Shown here: piece after piece, positions 49,254-58,942 of the stretch
How the letters are laid out: each line of letters opens with the position of its first letter
Numbering within the stretch: position 1 is the first letter of the stretch
Source of the DNA: an uncultured Acidobacteriota bacterium
GTDB lineage: Bacteria > Acidobacteriota > UBA6911
Direction of reading: 5' to 3'
Assembly: GCA_963843575.1 (NCBI GenBank)
Contig: CAWJKZ010000014.1
Coordinates: 800,001-864,000, forward strand
DNA length: 64,000 nt
The notes under the pieces: generated by a model
The model's database searches: none
Seen by the model: the letters and a program-made list of their open reading frames with translations, nothing else
Told to the model about the DNA's origin: nothing
Program-made: the position numbers and the translations under genes

Positions 49254-50417
49254 ATGCTGATCGCCGTCGATGAAGTCATCCCGTACGCCCAGGCTGCCCT
49301 TTCCCCCCTGGGCCGGCTGAGGGTGTATTCCGCCCCGAAGCTCCGCCACGGGGACGTCCGCGACGCGGATGCCCTGGTCGTCCGATCCGTGACGCGGGTC
49401 GACGCCGCACTTCTGGAGGGGAGCTCGGTCCGATTTGTCGGCACCGCGTCGATCGGGACAGACCACATCGATCTCCCCTACCTGCACACCCGTGGGATCC
49501 GCTTCGCCAACGCCGCCGGGAGCAACGCGAACTCCGTGGCGGAGTACGTCGTGGCGTCGCTGCTGGTCGTCGCCGCGCGCAGGAAATGGGAGCTCTCCAC
49601 GAAGTCGCTGGCGGTGATCGGGGTCGGCAACGTGGGGACGCGCGTCGCCGAGAAGGGGCGCGCCCTGGGGATGCGGGTGCTGCTGTGCGATCCGCCGCTG
49701 CGGGATTCCAGCGGCGACCCGCGCTTCGGCGCGCTGGACGACGTCCTCGGCGCGGACATCCTGACCATGCATGTCCCGCTGACCTCCGACGGGCCGTACC
49801 CAACCCGCGGCATGATCGGACGCGAGGTGCTACACCGCCTCCGCAAAGACCAGTTCGTCATGAACTCGGCGCGCGGTGCCGTCGTCGACGGCGGAGCACT
49901 CAAAGAGGTGCTCCACGCCGGGCGGATAGCCGGGGCGGCGCTCGACGTCTGGGAGAGGGAACCGCGCATCGACTACGAGTTGGTCGACCTGGTCGACCTC
50001 GCGACGCCCCATATCGCCGGTTATTCGCTGGATGGCAAGGTGCGCGGCACCGAGATGATGTTCGACGCATTATCCCGCTTCTTCGGCCTTTCCCTCCACT
50101 GGGGCACGGACGCCATCTATCCCCCCCAGCAGGCCATGGTCCCGGACGGAGGGCCGGGCGTCCAGGAGGCAACTGCATCGGTCGTGCTGCGGGCCTACGA
50201 CATCCTGAAGGACGACGCACGGCTCCGTGCCGCCCGTGGCGCCCCTCCCGACGCGGCCGCGCAGACGTTCGACGACCTGCGCAACCACTACGACTATCGC
50301 CCCGAATTCCGGCATTTCATCGTGACGGTGCCGGTCCACGACGGGCCGCTCGCCCGCATTCTCCGCGGCCTGGGATTCGGGACCGTGTCCCCGGCGCCTG
50401 CAGTGGAGGTACCCTAG
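49254..50417 (+). CDS. pdxB: Erythronate-4-phosphate dehydrogenase
   Basis: DALVVRSVTRV, VGTASIGTDH, AGSNANSVAEYV, GVGNVG, HVPL, DVWEREP, TPHIAGYSLDGK, FDDLRNHYDYRPEF. Confidence 0.92.
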   Translation: MLIAVDEVIPYAQAALSPLGRLRVYSAPKLRHGDVRDADALVVRSVTRVDAALLEGSSVRFVGTASIGTDHIDLPYLHTRGIRFANAAGSNANSVAEYVVASLLVVAARRKWELSTKSLAVIGVGNVGTRVAEKGRALGMRVLLCDPPLRDSSGDPRFGALDDVLGADILTMHVPLTSDGPYPTRGMIGREVLHRLRKDQFVMNSARGAVVDGGALKEVLHAGRIAGAALDVWEREPRIDYELVDLVDLATPHIAGYSLDGKVRGTEMMFDALSRFFGLSLHWGTDAIYPPQQAMVPDGGPGVQEATASVVLRAYDILKDDARLRAARGAPPDAAAQTFDDLRNHYDYRPEFRHFIVTVPVHDGPLARILRGLGFGTVSPAPAVEVP

Positions 50418-50419
50418 GC

Positions 50420-51598
50420 ATGGCCGCCGCCGTCACCCACTCCGTGCTCGATCTCCTGCGCTGGCTGTTCCTGCTCCCGGCCATCGGCGGCTCCGTCTAC
50501 GCCCTGCTCTCGCTGCTTGCGGTGGTCGGCTTGCGCATCCGCCAGAACAAGGCGGCCCGCGTCCCGTCAGGCCCCTGGCCGGCCGTCACCGTCCTCAAAC
50601 CGGTGTATGGGATCGAGAAGAACCAGCGCGAAAACCTCCGCAGCACTTGCCAGCAAGACTACCCGGAGTACCAGGTCGTCTTCTCGGTGCAGAAGGAGGA
50701 CGAACCTGCTCTACCCTTGCTGTACGACCTGCAGCGCGAATTCGGCAGCCTCCGGGTGACGGTGGCGGTCGAGAACTTCGTCGCGGGTCCCAACGGCAAG
50801 ATTAACAACATGATCGGCGGCTTGCGCCACGCGCGGCACGACGTGCTCGTCATCAGCGACAGCGACGTGAACCTCCGGCCCGACTACCTTCGGGCGATCG
50901 TCGCCCCGCTTGCCGATCCCGGCGTCGGCTGCTCCTGCACGTTCTACAAGGCCGCGTGCGCCGACACCTGGTACGAGAAGCTGGAGCTTCTCACCCTGAA
51001 TGCGGACTTCATGGCCAATGTCGTCTTCGCGCACATCACCGGCGCATCGAGGTTCTGCCTGGGAGCGTCGGTCGCGTTGCGCCGCGAGGTGCTCGAGAGC
51101 ATCGGGGGGCTGGAGACCCTCGCCGACTATCTCGTGGAAGACTATGAAATGGGGCGACGGATCTGGACTTCGGGCAAGAAGGTCGTCATCGTGCCCTATT
51201 TCGTCGACACCATGGTGGACCTCAAGTCCCCGCGGCAATGGTGGAATCACCAGGTCTACTGGGATCAGAATACGCGGGCAGCGAGACCGTTCGCCTTCTT
51301 CGCAACGGCGCTGATTCGCTCCACACCCTTCGCTCTACTGTACGCCCTGCTGCGCACCGGCGTCCCCGGGATCGCGCTGCTCGCCGCGGCCGTCGCGGTC
51401 CGGACCCTGACGGCCGCCCTGATCCTCGGCTGGGGATTCAAGGACCGCGAAGGGTTGAAGAACGTCGGGCTCCTGTTTTTCAGGGACGTGGCTTCGCTCG
51501 TCTCCTGGCTGCTGGCCTTCACCAAGAGGACGACGATCTGGCGAGGTTCCGAATTCGTGCTGACGCGCGACGGCCGCCTGGTCGCGCGCGAGTCGTGA
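50420..51598 (+). CDS. hpnI: HpnI-like glycosyltransferase (ceramide glucosyltransferase-like)
   Basis: VTVLKPVYG, QDYPEYQV, NGKINN, VISDSD, LVEDYEMG, HQVYW; N- and C-terminal TMs. Confidence 0.8.
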   Translation: MAAAVTHSVLDLLRWLFLLPAIGGSVYALLSLLAVVGLRIRQNKAARVPSGPWPAVTVLKPVYGIEKNQRENLRSTCQQDYPEYQVVFSVQKEDEPALPLLYDLQREFGSLRVTVAVENFVAGPNGKINNMIGGLRHARHDVLVISDSDVNLRPDYLRAIVAPLADPGVGCSCTFYKAACADTWYEKLELLTLNADFMANVVFAHITGASRFCLGASVALRREVLESIGGLETLADYLVEDYEMGRRIWTSGKKVVIVPYFVDTMVDLKSPRQWWNHQVYWDQNTRAARPFAFFATALIRSTPFALLYALLRTGVPGIALLAAAVAVRTLTAALILGWGFKDREGLKNVGLLFFRDVASLVSWLLAFTKRTTIWRGSEFVLTRDGRLVARES

Positions 51599-52446
51599 GA
51601 AGGGTCATAGTGACGGGGGACGACTTCGGCCTGGCGGTTCCGGTCAACGAGGCGATCGCCGAAGCCCACGTCCGCGGCATCCTGACGGCCGCCAGCCTGA
51701 TGGTGTCGGCCGATGCCGCTGCCGACGCCCTGCAACGCGCGCGGCGGCTCCCGAGCCTGCGCGTCGGCCTGCACCTCGTGCTGGTCGAGGGGCGCCCAGC
51801 GCTTCCCCCGGAAGAGGTTCCCGACCTGGTGGATGCCGAAGGGCGTTTCTCCACGAAACTGGTGCGGGCGGGAGTCAATTTCTTTTTTCGGCCCGGGGTG
51901 CGGAGACAGATCGAAGCCGAAGTGCGGGCCCAGTTCGAAGCCTTTCGCAGGACGGGACTCGCGCTGGATCACGTGAACGCGCACAACCACATGCACCTTC
52001 ATCCGACGGTCCTCGGCGCTCTGCTCCGAGTCGGTCGGGAATACGGGATGCACGCGGTCCGCGTGCCGTACGAGCCGCCGATCCGCTCCTTCCGGGCGTC
52101 CAGGAAATCGGCCGGAGGCAAGGCGGCCGCCTGGCTTTTCTTCGCGCCCTGGATGGCGTTGCTGAAAGCGAGGCTCAGACACAGTCGCTTACGCTGCAAC
52201 GATTACCTGTTCGGGATGTCCGACAGCGGCGCGATGACCGCGGATCTCCTTCGGGCCTTTCTCCGGGAACTGCCGGAAGGGGTAACGGAGATCTACTTCC
52301 ACCCCGCAACCCGGCGCTGCGCGGCGCTCGACCGCGCCATGCCCGGGTACGATCACCAGGGGGAGTTCCAAGCCCTGACGCAACCCGGTCTCCCGGCCGA
52401 ACTGGAACGAGAGGGGATCGAACGCATCGCGTTCAGCGATCTCTGA
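51595..52446 (+). CDS. hpnK: HpnK / YdjC-family carbohydrate deacetylase
   Basis: VIVTGDDFG, GILTAASLMV, GLHLVLVEG, DHVNAHNHMHLHP, EIYFHPA; GTGA overlap with hpnI. Confidence 0.88.
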   Translation: MRRVIVTGDDFGLAVPVNEAIAEAHVRGILTAASLMVSADAAADALQRARRLPSLRVGLHLVLVEGRPALPPEEVPDLVDAEGRFSTKLVRAGVNFFFRPGVRRQIEAEVRAQFEAFRRTGLALDHVNAHNHMHLHPTVLGALLRVGREYGMHAVRVPYEPPIRSFRASRKSAGGKAAAWLFFAPWMALLKARLRHSRLRCNDYLFGMSDSGAMTADLLRAFLRELPEGVTEIYFHPATRRCAALDRAMPGYDHQGEFQALTQPGLPAELEREGIERIAFSDL

Positions 52447-52479
52447 CCCGGCGCCGTCCATAGCAGAGAGGAGCACGTC

Positions 52480-52863
52480 ATGTTCCGAGTACTGGTGGCG
52501 ATGACCATCGCGGCGGCCTCCGCGGCAGTGGGGCAGATCCTCGTCCGGCGCGGCATGCAGCAAGTCGGCAGCCTGGAGACATGGTCCCCCGTGCCGCTCG
52601 CCGTGTACTTCTGGCACGCCCTGACCAATGCTTACGTGATTGCCGGGACGGCGCTCAATGCCATCTTCTATTTTCTTTTCCTGGCGGCGCTCTCCTGGAC
52701 GGACGTCACGGTCGCACTGCCGATGACGGCGATCGAGTACGCCTTCGCCGCCGTGCTGGCGGTCGCCTTCCTGCACGAAGCGGTCTCCCCCCTGCGCTGG
52801 AGTGGAATTGCGCTTGTTGCCGCGGGGGTTATACTCATTGCGCTGGGAGGGGGGGAGACGTAG
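52480..52863 (+). CDS. Small EamA/DMT membrane protein (ArnE/ArnF-like)
   Basis: 127 aa, four TMs, GQILVRRGM, ALSWTDVTVALP, LHEAVSPLRWSG. Confidence 0.82.
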   Translation: MFRVLVAMTIAAASAAVGQILVRRGMQQVGSLETWSPVPLAVYFWHALTNAYVIAGTALNAIFYFLFLAALSWTDVTVALPMTAIEYAFAAVLAVAFLHEAVSPLRWSGIALVAAGVILIALGGGET

Positions 52864-52925
52864 CGCCCCGCCGGTTTCTGGTTCATCTTCACGCTCGCTC
52901 AACCTAATAACACAAGGACGCATTC

Positions 52926-54077
52926 ATGACAGAACAGAAATCCGATACAGCTGCCGAGGCCCGCAGGAGGGTACCGGCGGCGAAAATCCAGTTCCTTCCC
53001 GAAGACCGCGCCTGGATTGCGGAAAAGATCCAGGAGGTACTGGCCACCGGCCGGTTGACGCTGGGCAGGTACGGGGAGGAGTTTGAACGGAAGTTCGCCG
53101 ACCTTTGCGGCGTGAGCCACGCCGTTGCCGTAAACAGCGGCACCAGCGCGCTGGAGATCGTTTTGAGGGCGCTCGGGGTCGACGGAAAAGACGTGCTGGT
53201 TCCGACCAACACCTTTTTCGCCACCGCCGCCGCCGTGGTGCACGCCGGAGGCAACCCTGTCCTGGTGGACATGGAGCCCGAGTCGTTCGCGCTCGATCCG
53301 GCCGACGTCGAGCGGAGGATCACGCCGCGCACCGCCGGGATTGTCGCCGTGCACATCGGGGGGATCGTCTCGCGGCAGATGCCGGCCCTCGCCGACCTGG
53401 CCGCCCGCAAAGGGATGTGGCTCGTCGAGGATGCGGCCCACGCACACGGTTCGTCCATGGACGGGATCGCGGCCGGCGCCTTCGGGGTCGCGGCGGGCTT
53501 TAGCTTTTACCCGACCAAGGTCATGACTTCCGCGGAGGGCGGCATGATCGTCACCCGCGACACGCGCATCGCGGAAGAGGCCCGGATCTACCGGGACCAG
53601 GGCAAGGCGAGCTTCACCCAGAATGCGCACGTCCGCATGGGGTACAACTGGCGGATGTCGGAACCGCACGCCATCATCGGACTTCGCCACCTCCTGCGCC
53701 TGCCGGGCATGATCGCCGACCGGCAGGCGATCGCCCGGATCTACGACCGCGCGCTGGAACAGTTCTCCGGGCTGCGCGCGGTGCACACCCCGGCGGGAGG
53801 GGTCTGCAATTACTACAAGTACATCGCGGTCCTGAAAGAACACCGCGACCGGAAAGCGCTCAAGAGCCTGTTGCGGGAACGCTACGGCGTCTCCCTGGCC
53901 GGCGAGGTCTACGAGGAGCCCCTGCACAAACAACCCGTCTTCGCGCCTTACATTTCGGGACCATTGCCGGTGTCCGAGGACCTCTGCGCCCGGCACATCT
54001 GCCTGCCAGTGTTTTCCGGGATGCAGGAGAGCGAAGCGCAGCAGGTCATCCAGGCACTTGCGGCCGTCATTGGCTAA
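52926..54077 (+). CDS. DegT/DnrJ/EryC1/StrS family PLP-dependent sugar aminotransferase
   Basis: AVNSGTSAL, VEDAAHAHGS, FSFYPTKVMTSAEGG, GYNWRM, ICLP. Confidence 0.93.
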   Translation: MTEQKSDTAAEARRRVPAAKIQFLPEDRAWIAEKIQEVLATGRLTLGRYGEEFERKFADLCGVSHAVAVNSGTSALEIVLRALGVDGKDVLVPTNTFFATAAAVVHAGGNPVLVDMEPESFALDPADVERRITPRTAGIVAVHIGGIVSRQMPALADLAARKGMWLVEDAAHAHGSSMDGIAAGAFGVAAGFSFYPTKVMTSAEGGMIVTRDTRIAEEARIYRDQGKASFTQNAHVRMGYNWRMSEPHAIIGLRHLLRLPGMIADRQAIARIYDRALEQFSGLRAVHTPAGGVCNYYKYIAVLKEHRDRKALKSLLRERYGVSLAGEVYEEPLHKQPVFAPYISGPLPVSEDLCARHICLPVFSGMQESEAQQVIQALAAVIG

Positions 54078-54088
54078 GGGGAATCCAC

Positions 54089-55006
54089 ATGGCTAAGACT
54101 ATCGTTACCGGCGGAAGTGGTTTCATCGGATCTCACGTGGTCGACGCGCTCAAGGACGCCGGCCACGACGTCACGATCCTCGATTACCGGGTCAAGCCGC
54201 ACAGGACGGACGTCGGGTTTGAAAACGTCGATCTGATGGACCTCTCGTCCGTCCTGTCGGCGACCCGCGGCGCCGAACACATCTTTCACCTGGCAGCTGT
54301 CTCGAACGTCAACTACGCGTACAAGTATCCCGTCTACACGACCTCGCTCAACGTGGTAGGCACCGCCAACGTGCTCGAGGCCGCCCGCATCCACGGCAAC
54401 GCGCGGGTGTACATGGCTTCCACCGTCTGGGTGTACAACGGCTCCCCGAACGGCGAGCCTCTCGACGAGGCGACTCCCTTCTACCTCGACGGGGCCGGGC
54501 ACATCTACACCTCGACAAAAATGGCCGGCGAGATGCTCTGCCACAACTACCACCAGCTGTACAAAGTCCCATTCACCGTCCTGAGGCTCGGGATACCGTA
54601 CGGGCCGCGGATGCGCGAGGAACTCCTGATCCCGATCTTCATCAGGAAAGCGCTCGACGGAGAACCCCTCACGATCGCGGGCAAGGGAAGTCAGTATCGC
54701 AACTTCATCTATGTCCGGGACCTCGCCGATGCCCACGTGCTGGCGATGTCCGAGCGCGCGGCCAACCAGACCTATAACCTCGAGGGCACCCGGAAGGTCA
54801 CTGTCCTGGCGGTCGCCGAGGGGATCCGGCGCAGCATCGGCGACCACGTCCGCATCGAGTTCGTCCCGGAGCGCCCGGGCGATTTCGGGGGGAAGCAGGT
54901 CTCGGCGAAAAAGGCGCAGGTCGAACTCGCCTGGAAGCCCGCAGTGGAGTTCGAGGACGGGCTAAGCCAGACGGTCGAGTGGTTCCGCGCAAAGTGGGGG
55001 AAATAG
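54089..55006 (+). CDS. NAD-dependent nucleotide-sugar epimerase/dehydratase (extended SDR)
   Basis: VTGGSGFIG, FHLAA, NVVGTANVL, YTSTK (YxxxK), YGPRMR, RNFIYVRD, RPGD. Confidence 0.92.
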   Translation: MAKTIVTGGSGFIGSHVVDALKDAGHDVTILDYRVKPHRTDVGFENVDLMDLSSVLSATRGAEHIFHLAAVSNVNYAYKYPVYTTSLNVVGTANVLEAARIHGNARVYMASTVWVYNGSPNGEPLDEATPFYLDGAGHIYTSTKMAGEMLCHNYHQLYKVPFTVLRLGIPYGPRMREELLIPIFIRKALDGEPLTIAGKGSQYRNFIYVRDLADAHVLAMSERAANQTYNLEGTRKVTVLAVAEGIRRSIGDHVRIEFVPERPGDFGGKQVSAKKAQVELAWKPAVEFEDGLSQTVEWFRAKWGK

Positions 55007-55083
55007 CAGCACCGCAGAGTCTCGCGAAGTCGCGGCGGGACCGGTAGCCACCACCACCTGGGGGTCAGCTCGAGGATCTCCCG

Positions 55084-56808
55084 CTAATCCAGGGGCTGGT
55101 TGCACAGGCAAGTGCGGCCCGACGACCGGAGCAGCACCTGACAGGAGCCGAGCGCCAGAGAAGGGAGACGCTCGTCCGCGGCCAGGACGAAGACCCGCGC
55201 CGGTCCGGACCACAGTTTCTCGAAATCGTCCCGCGACAGGATTATCTTCGGGGCGTCCGGGTAACGCAGCCCCCATTGCAGGACCGCGGCCGTCCCTCCG
55301 TACACCTCCAACCGCAGGTCGGTGTAGAAGTTCAACGAGTTGGCCGTCTCGAAGTCGCCGGCAACCACGACGCGATCTCCCTCGCGCGCGACCGCCCGGA
55401 TGGCGCTGGCGAACTGCCGGGTCGACAACATCCCCTCGCAAATCCCGAGGCTCTGGTATGCGAACAGACAGAAAGCCCCGACCGTCGCGCCGAGGGCCAG
55501 TATCGCCGGCCGGAAGTGCCTGCGCCGGTTGAGCCACCAGCCCGAAAGCAGCCCCAGCGACAGCACCGTTCCCGCCCCGACCAGCGGACCCACGAGGCGG
55601 GCCCGCACCTCCGCGGGAAGGTCGTAGACCGGGGCGAAGTAATATTGATACGCGCGGACGTGTGCTCCGGCGCCGCCGCTTCCCCTCCAGACAGCCGTCG
55701 TCCAGTGCAGGAGCATACCGAGCAGCGCAAGCGCAATCAGACAGCCCAGCACCGCGAGAGCGGAGAATGCACGGCCCGTCCACGCCTCCCTGTTTCCCGA
55801 AGCCGTCGCAACGGCCACCAGCAGGGCGAGCGGGGGCAAGACGGGCATCGCATAGTGCTCGATCCGCGACGAAGCGCTGAAGAACACCACCACGACGGCC
55901 ACCCACACGAGTGCTATTCTGACCAGGGTCCTCGAACGCTCCGAATCCCCTCCGGCCCGCAGCAGACGCGGGATCGCGGGCAGGAAGGCACTCCAGGGGA
56001 AAAACCAGATTAGCACCAGGCCCCAGAACACACCGAGCGGGATGGACTCGTAATCCAATGGCTGCCGGCGCCCCAGGAACCGCAGGAAATGCTCGTTGAC
56101 GAAGTAATACCAGAGGAATCCCGGAACCCGGCGCGCAGCTTCCAGATGCCACGGCAGGGCCAGCGCCAGGAACAGGGCGCTGCCTCGCCACGGGTAGAAC
56201 CTGCGCAATCGGCCGAGGTCCCGGCTCAACACCAGAAACAGCACGACGATCGCGGTGGGGAAAACGACTCCGATCAATCCCTTCGACAGCACCCCTCCGG
56301 CAGCCCCTGCGTAGAACAGCAGCGCGGCGCGTGGGGACGGGCTCGGGCGCGTGTACCATCGGGCAAAACCGCATAAGGACAGGGTCAGGAAGAACAAAAA
56401 CAGCATGTCCGGGAAAACCATCCGGGTGAACAGGAAGGTCCCGATCGAGAGGCTCCCCGCCAACGCTGCGGTATATCCGGCGGTTTCGCCCGCCGCCTCC
56501 CGGGCCATGACAAACAGCAGGACCGCGCAGCCGAGCACGGCGAGAACCGAAGGAAACCGGGCGCCGAATTCCGTCACCCCGAAGACGCTGTAGGAAAGGG
56601 CCATCGACCAGTACATCAGCGGAGGCTTGTCGAGGAAGCGCACCCCGTTGGCATAGGGCACGACCCAATCGCCCCGGTTGAACATCTCGCGGGCGACGGT
56701 GGCGTAGAGAGCGTCCCCGTCGTCGAGGATCGCGCGGCTTCGGGCCGTCGCCAGGTACACGCCGCCGATCAGCAGGATCAGCAGCAGGAGACTGAGCTTC
56801 TGACGCAT
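55084..56808 (-). CDS. ArnT-like GT-C glycosyltransferase (polyprenyl-phosphate sugar donor)
   Basis: DDGDALYATVAREM, WVVPYANGVRFLDKPPLMYW, EFGARFPS, KGLIG, LPWH, NEHFLRF, FFPWS; many TMs. Confidence 0.88.
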   Translation of the reverse strand: MRQKLSLLLLILLIGGVYLATARSRAILDDGDALYATVAREMFNRGDWVVPYANGVRFLDKPPLMYWSMALSYSVFGVTEFGARFPSVLAVLGCAVLLFVMAREAAGETAGYTAALAGSLSIGTFLFTRMVFPDMLFLFFLTLSLCGFARWYTRPSPSPRAALLFYAGAAGGVLSKGLIGVVFPTAIVVLFLVLSRDLGRLRRFYPWRGSALFLALALPWHLEAARRVPGFLWYYFVNEHFLRFLGRRQPLDYESIPLGVFWGLVLIWFFPWSAFLPAIPRLLRAGGDSERSRTLVRIALVWVAVVVVFFSASSRIEHYAMPVLPPLALLVAVATASGNREAWTGRAFSALAVLGCLIALALLGMLLHWTTAVWRGSGGAGAHVRAYQYYFAPVYDLPAEVRARLVGPLVGAGTVLSLGLLSGWWLNRRRHFRPAILALGATVGAFCLFAYQSLGICEGMLSTRQFASAIRAVAREGDRVVVAGDFETANSLNFYTDLRLEVYGGTAAVLQWGLRYPDAPKIILSRDDFEKLWSGPARVFVLAADERLPSLALGSCQVLLRSSGRTCLCNQPLD

Positions 56809-56842
56809 GCGCTACATGAACCCCGCGAGGCAGGCCGCGCCC

Positions 56843-58051
56843 CTACCGCGATTCCCTGCCCGATGCTGGAGAGAGCGCCCCGGGAACCCCGTAGGGGGGC
56901 AGCCGGCGACGGATGGCCCACTGCAGGCCGATAATCATGGCGCAGCTGACGACCGTTATCCAGAATCCTATGCCCACGCCGTGGGATTGGGAAACCCTGC
57001 CGAAAACCCAGGGCGACGTCATGCCGCCGGCCAGAGCCATCACGAAAATCACGCTGAAGGCGGAGCCGGAATAGCTGGCGAACGCCGCTCCCGCCTGGGC
57101 CAGTGTCGTGGGGAAGATGGCCGCAAAACCGAGCCCGACACAGGCGACCAGGCCGGCCGCGAGCACGGGGTCATGCACCAGGGTCAGGCCGGCCGAACCC
57201 AGCAGGGCCAGCAACGCGCTTCCCATCACCAGAAGGGCCGGCGCAACACGGGCCCCCAACCTGCTCACCCCCCAACGCCCCGCCATCATCGCCGCCCAGT
57301 AGCCGGCCAGGACGTAGGCCGCACCGCGCGGCTCGAACCCGAGGCGCTCCCCCAGGAAAGTCGAGATCCACCCGCCCATGGTGAATTCGTTGCCGCTCTG
57401 AAAAAACAGCAGGAATCCGAAAATGAACAGGAGGGGATCAGCGAGAAACCGGCGCAGTTCGGCTACGGACATCCCCCCCTGGTGTTTGGGGGGCGGGAAC
57501 CGCGCCACCACAAACAGGATGAACGGCCCGCCGGCGAGGCAGGCGAGCGCCGCCAGGATCCGCTGCAGCCCGGCGAACTGCAGGAGGGTGCCCACCAGAA
57601 ACGGCATAAAGAGCGCACCGAAGCCGAAGTATATGCCGAGCCGATTCAACGCGCTCGCGCGCCGCTCAGGGTTGATGTCGTTCAGGAGGGCGTTGGTGCC
57701 CCCGTTGAGCGCACCGCCACCGAGCCCGAGCACCGCCAGCGACACCAGGACCAGGCCGTACGTGCGCGACAGGGCCAGCCCCGCGAACGCGCCCCCGACC
57801 AGGACCGTGCTCCAGAGGAGCAGCACCCGGAAACCGAAGCGGTCGCAGATCGGCCCGAAGAACAGCGAGCTGACTAGCATCGCGAAGTTCATGGCAAGAA
57901 ACAGCCGCCCGGCGTCCGCTTTCTCGAACCCGACCGCGACGAAGAGCGCGGGAAGGAGCGACCCAAGCGACGACATGACGATGCCGAAGACGAAGGCCCC
58001 GGCAAAAACCGAGGCCTGCAACCCGCCGAATCGCGGGTGTGTGGAATCCAC
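56843..58051 (-). CDS. MFS transporter (FucP-like sugar permease)
   Basis: About 12 TMs, GPICDRFGFR, FFQSGNEFTMGGWI, AAIFPT. Confidence 0.88.
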   Translation of the reverse strand: MDSTHPRFGGLQASVFAGAFVFGIVMSSLGSLLPALFVAVGFEKADAGRLFLAMNFAMLVSSLFFGPICDRFGFRVLLLWSTVLVGGAFAGLALSRTYGLVLVSLAVLGLGGGALNGGTNALLNDINPERRASALNRLGIYFGFGALFMPFLVGTLLQFAGLQRILAALACLAGGPFILFVVARFPPPKHQGGMSVAELRRFLADPLLFIFGFLLFFQSGNEFTMGGWISTFLGERLGFEPRGAAYVLAGYWAAMMAGRWGVSRLGARVAPALLVMGSALLALLGSAGLTLVHDPVLAAGLVACVGLGFAAIFPTTLAQAGAAFASYSGSAFSVIFVMALAGGMTSPWVFGRVSQSHGVGIGFWITVVSCAMIIGLQWAIRRRLPPYGVPGALSPASGRESR

Positions 58052-58078
58052 CCTCAGCCCCTCCCCCAGCGTCCCGGG

Positions 58079-58840
58079 TTACGATTTCTTCCCGCGGGCG
58101 TAGTAGAAATCGGTGAACGCCTGGTACACGCCATCCATGTGGCCCGAGGGCACGCCCCGCACGTTCGGCGACACGAATGTGGGCGGCACGCCGCCACGCC
58201 GGGCGAGCTGCGCTCCCGTTTCGGCCACGAGCGCCATCGCGATCGTCACGGCGGCAACCGTCGAGCCCGCGGCGATCCGTTCGACCTGGCCGACATCCAC
58301 CAGCGCGTCCTCGGGAGGAACGCAGTTGTCTATGTTGACGTCCCCTGCGTCCGAGAGCCGGAAACCCGAGCTGTGTGTCGGGGTGGCCACCCTGGCATTC
58401 TGGTGCGACGAGACCGTCACGACCGTCAGCCCCTTCTTGCGCGCTTCGAGGGCCACCTCGATCGGGGCGGCATTCATCCCCCCGTGCGAAAAAACCAGCA
58501 TGCAGTCGCGCTGTTCAAGGGCGTAGCTCTGCAGGAAGACCGCCGCGTATCCCTCGCGGCGCTCCAGCCAGAGGAGCTCCCGGGCTCCACCGGGCCCGAT
58601 GACGTTGGTCCACATGAGGCGCGGGTCGTAAAGCGGGTAGAAGCCCACGAAGCTCCCGTAGCGCGGGTAGATGTCCAGCACGGGAATGACGCTGTGGCCG
58701 CTGCCGAAAACATACACCCGGCCTCCGCTGGCAATGCTCTCGGCCATCCGGATACCGGCGGTCTCGATCGCCTCGGCCTGCGTCGCTTTGATCTGCTGAG
58801 TGATTTCCTGGATACGGTCCAGGTATGTGTTGGCTGACAT
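58079..58840 (-). CDS. SIS domain (sugar isomerase) protein
   Basis: VYVFGSGHS, LWLERREGYA, VFSHGGMNAAPIEVA, IDNCVP, PPTFVSPN. Confidence 0.88.
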   Translation of the reverse strand: MSANTYLDRIQEITQQIKATQAEAIETAGIRMAESIASGGRVYVFGSGHSVIPVLDIYPRYGSFVGFYPLYDPRLMWTNVIGPGGARELLWLERREGYAAVFLQSYALEQRDCMLVFSHGGMNAAPIEVALEARKKGLTVVTVSSHQNARVATPTHSSGFRLSDAGDVNIDNCVPPEDALVDVGQVERIAAGSTVAAVTIAMALVAETGAQLARRGGVPPTFVSPNVRGVPSGHMDGVYQAFTDFYYARGKKS

Positions 58841-58942
58841 TGTCTCCTCCTGAGTCAGGACCTGCGGCAGAAGGGTGGGGGCAACTCGGGCCCAGCCCCG
58901 TTCATCGTGAATCTCCCGCCCCTGAAACCGTCGCGGCTGCGT

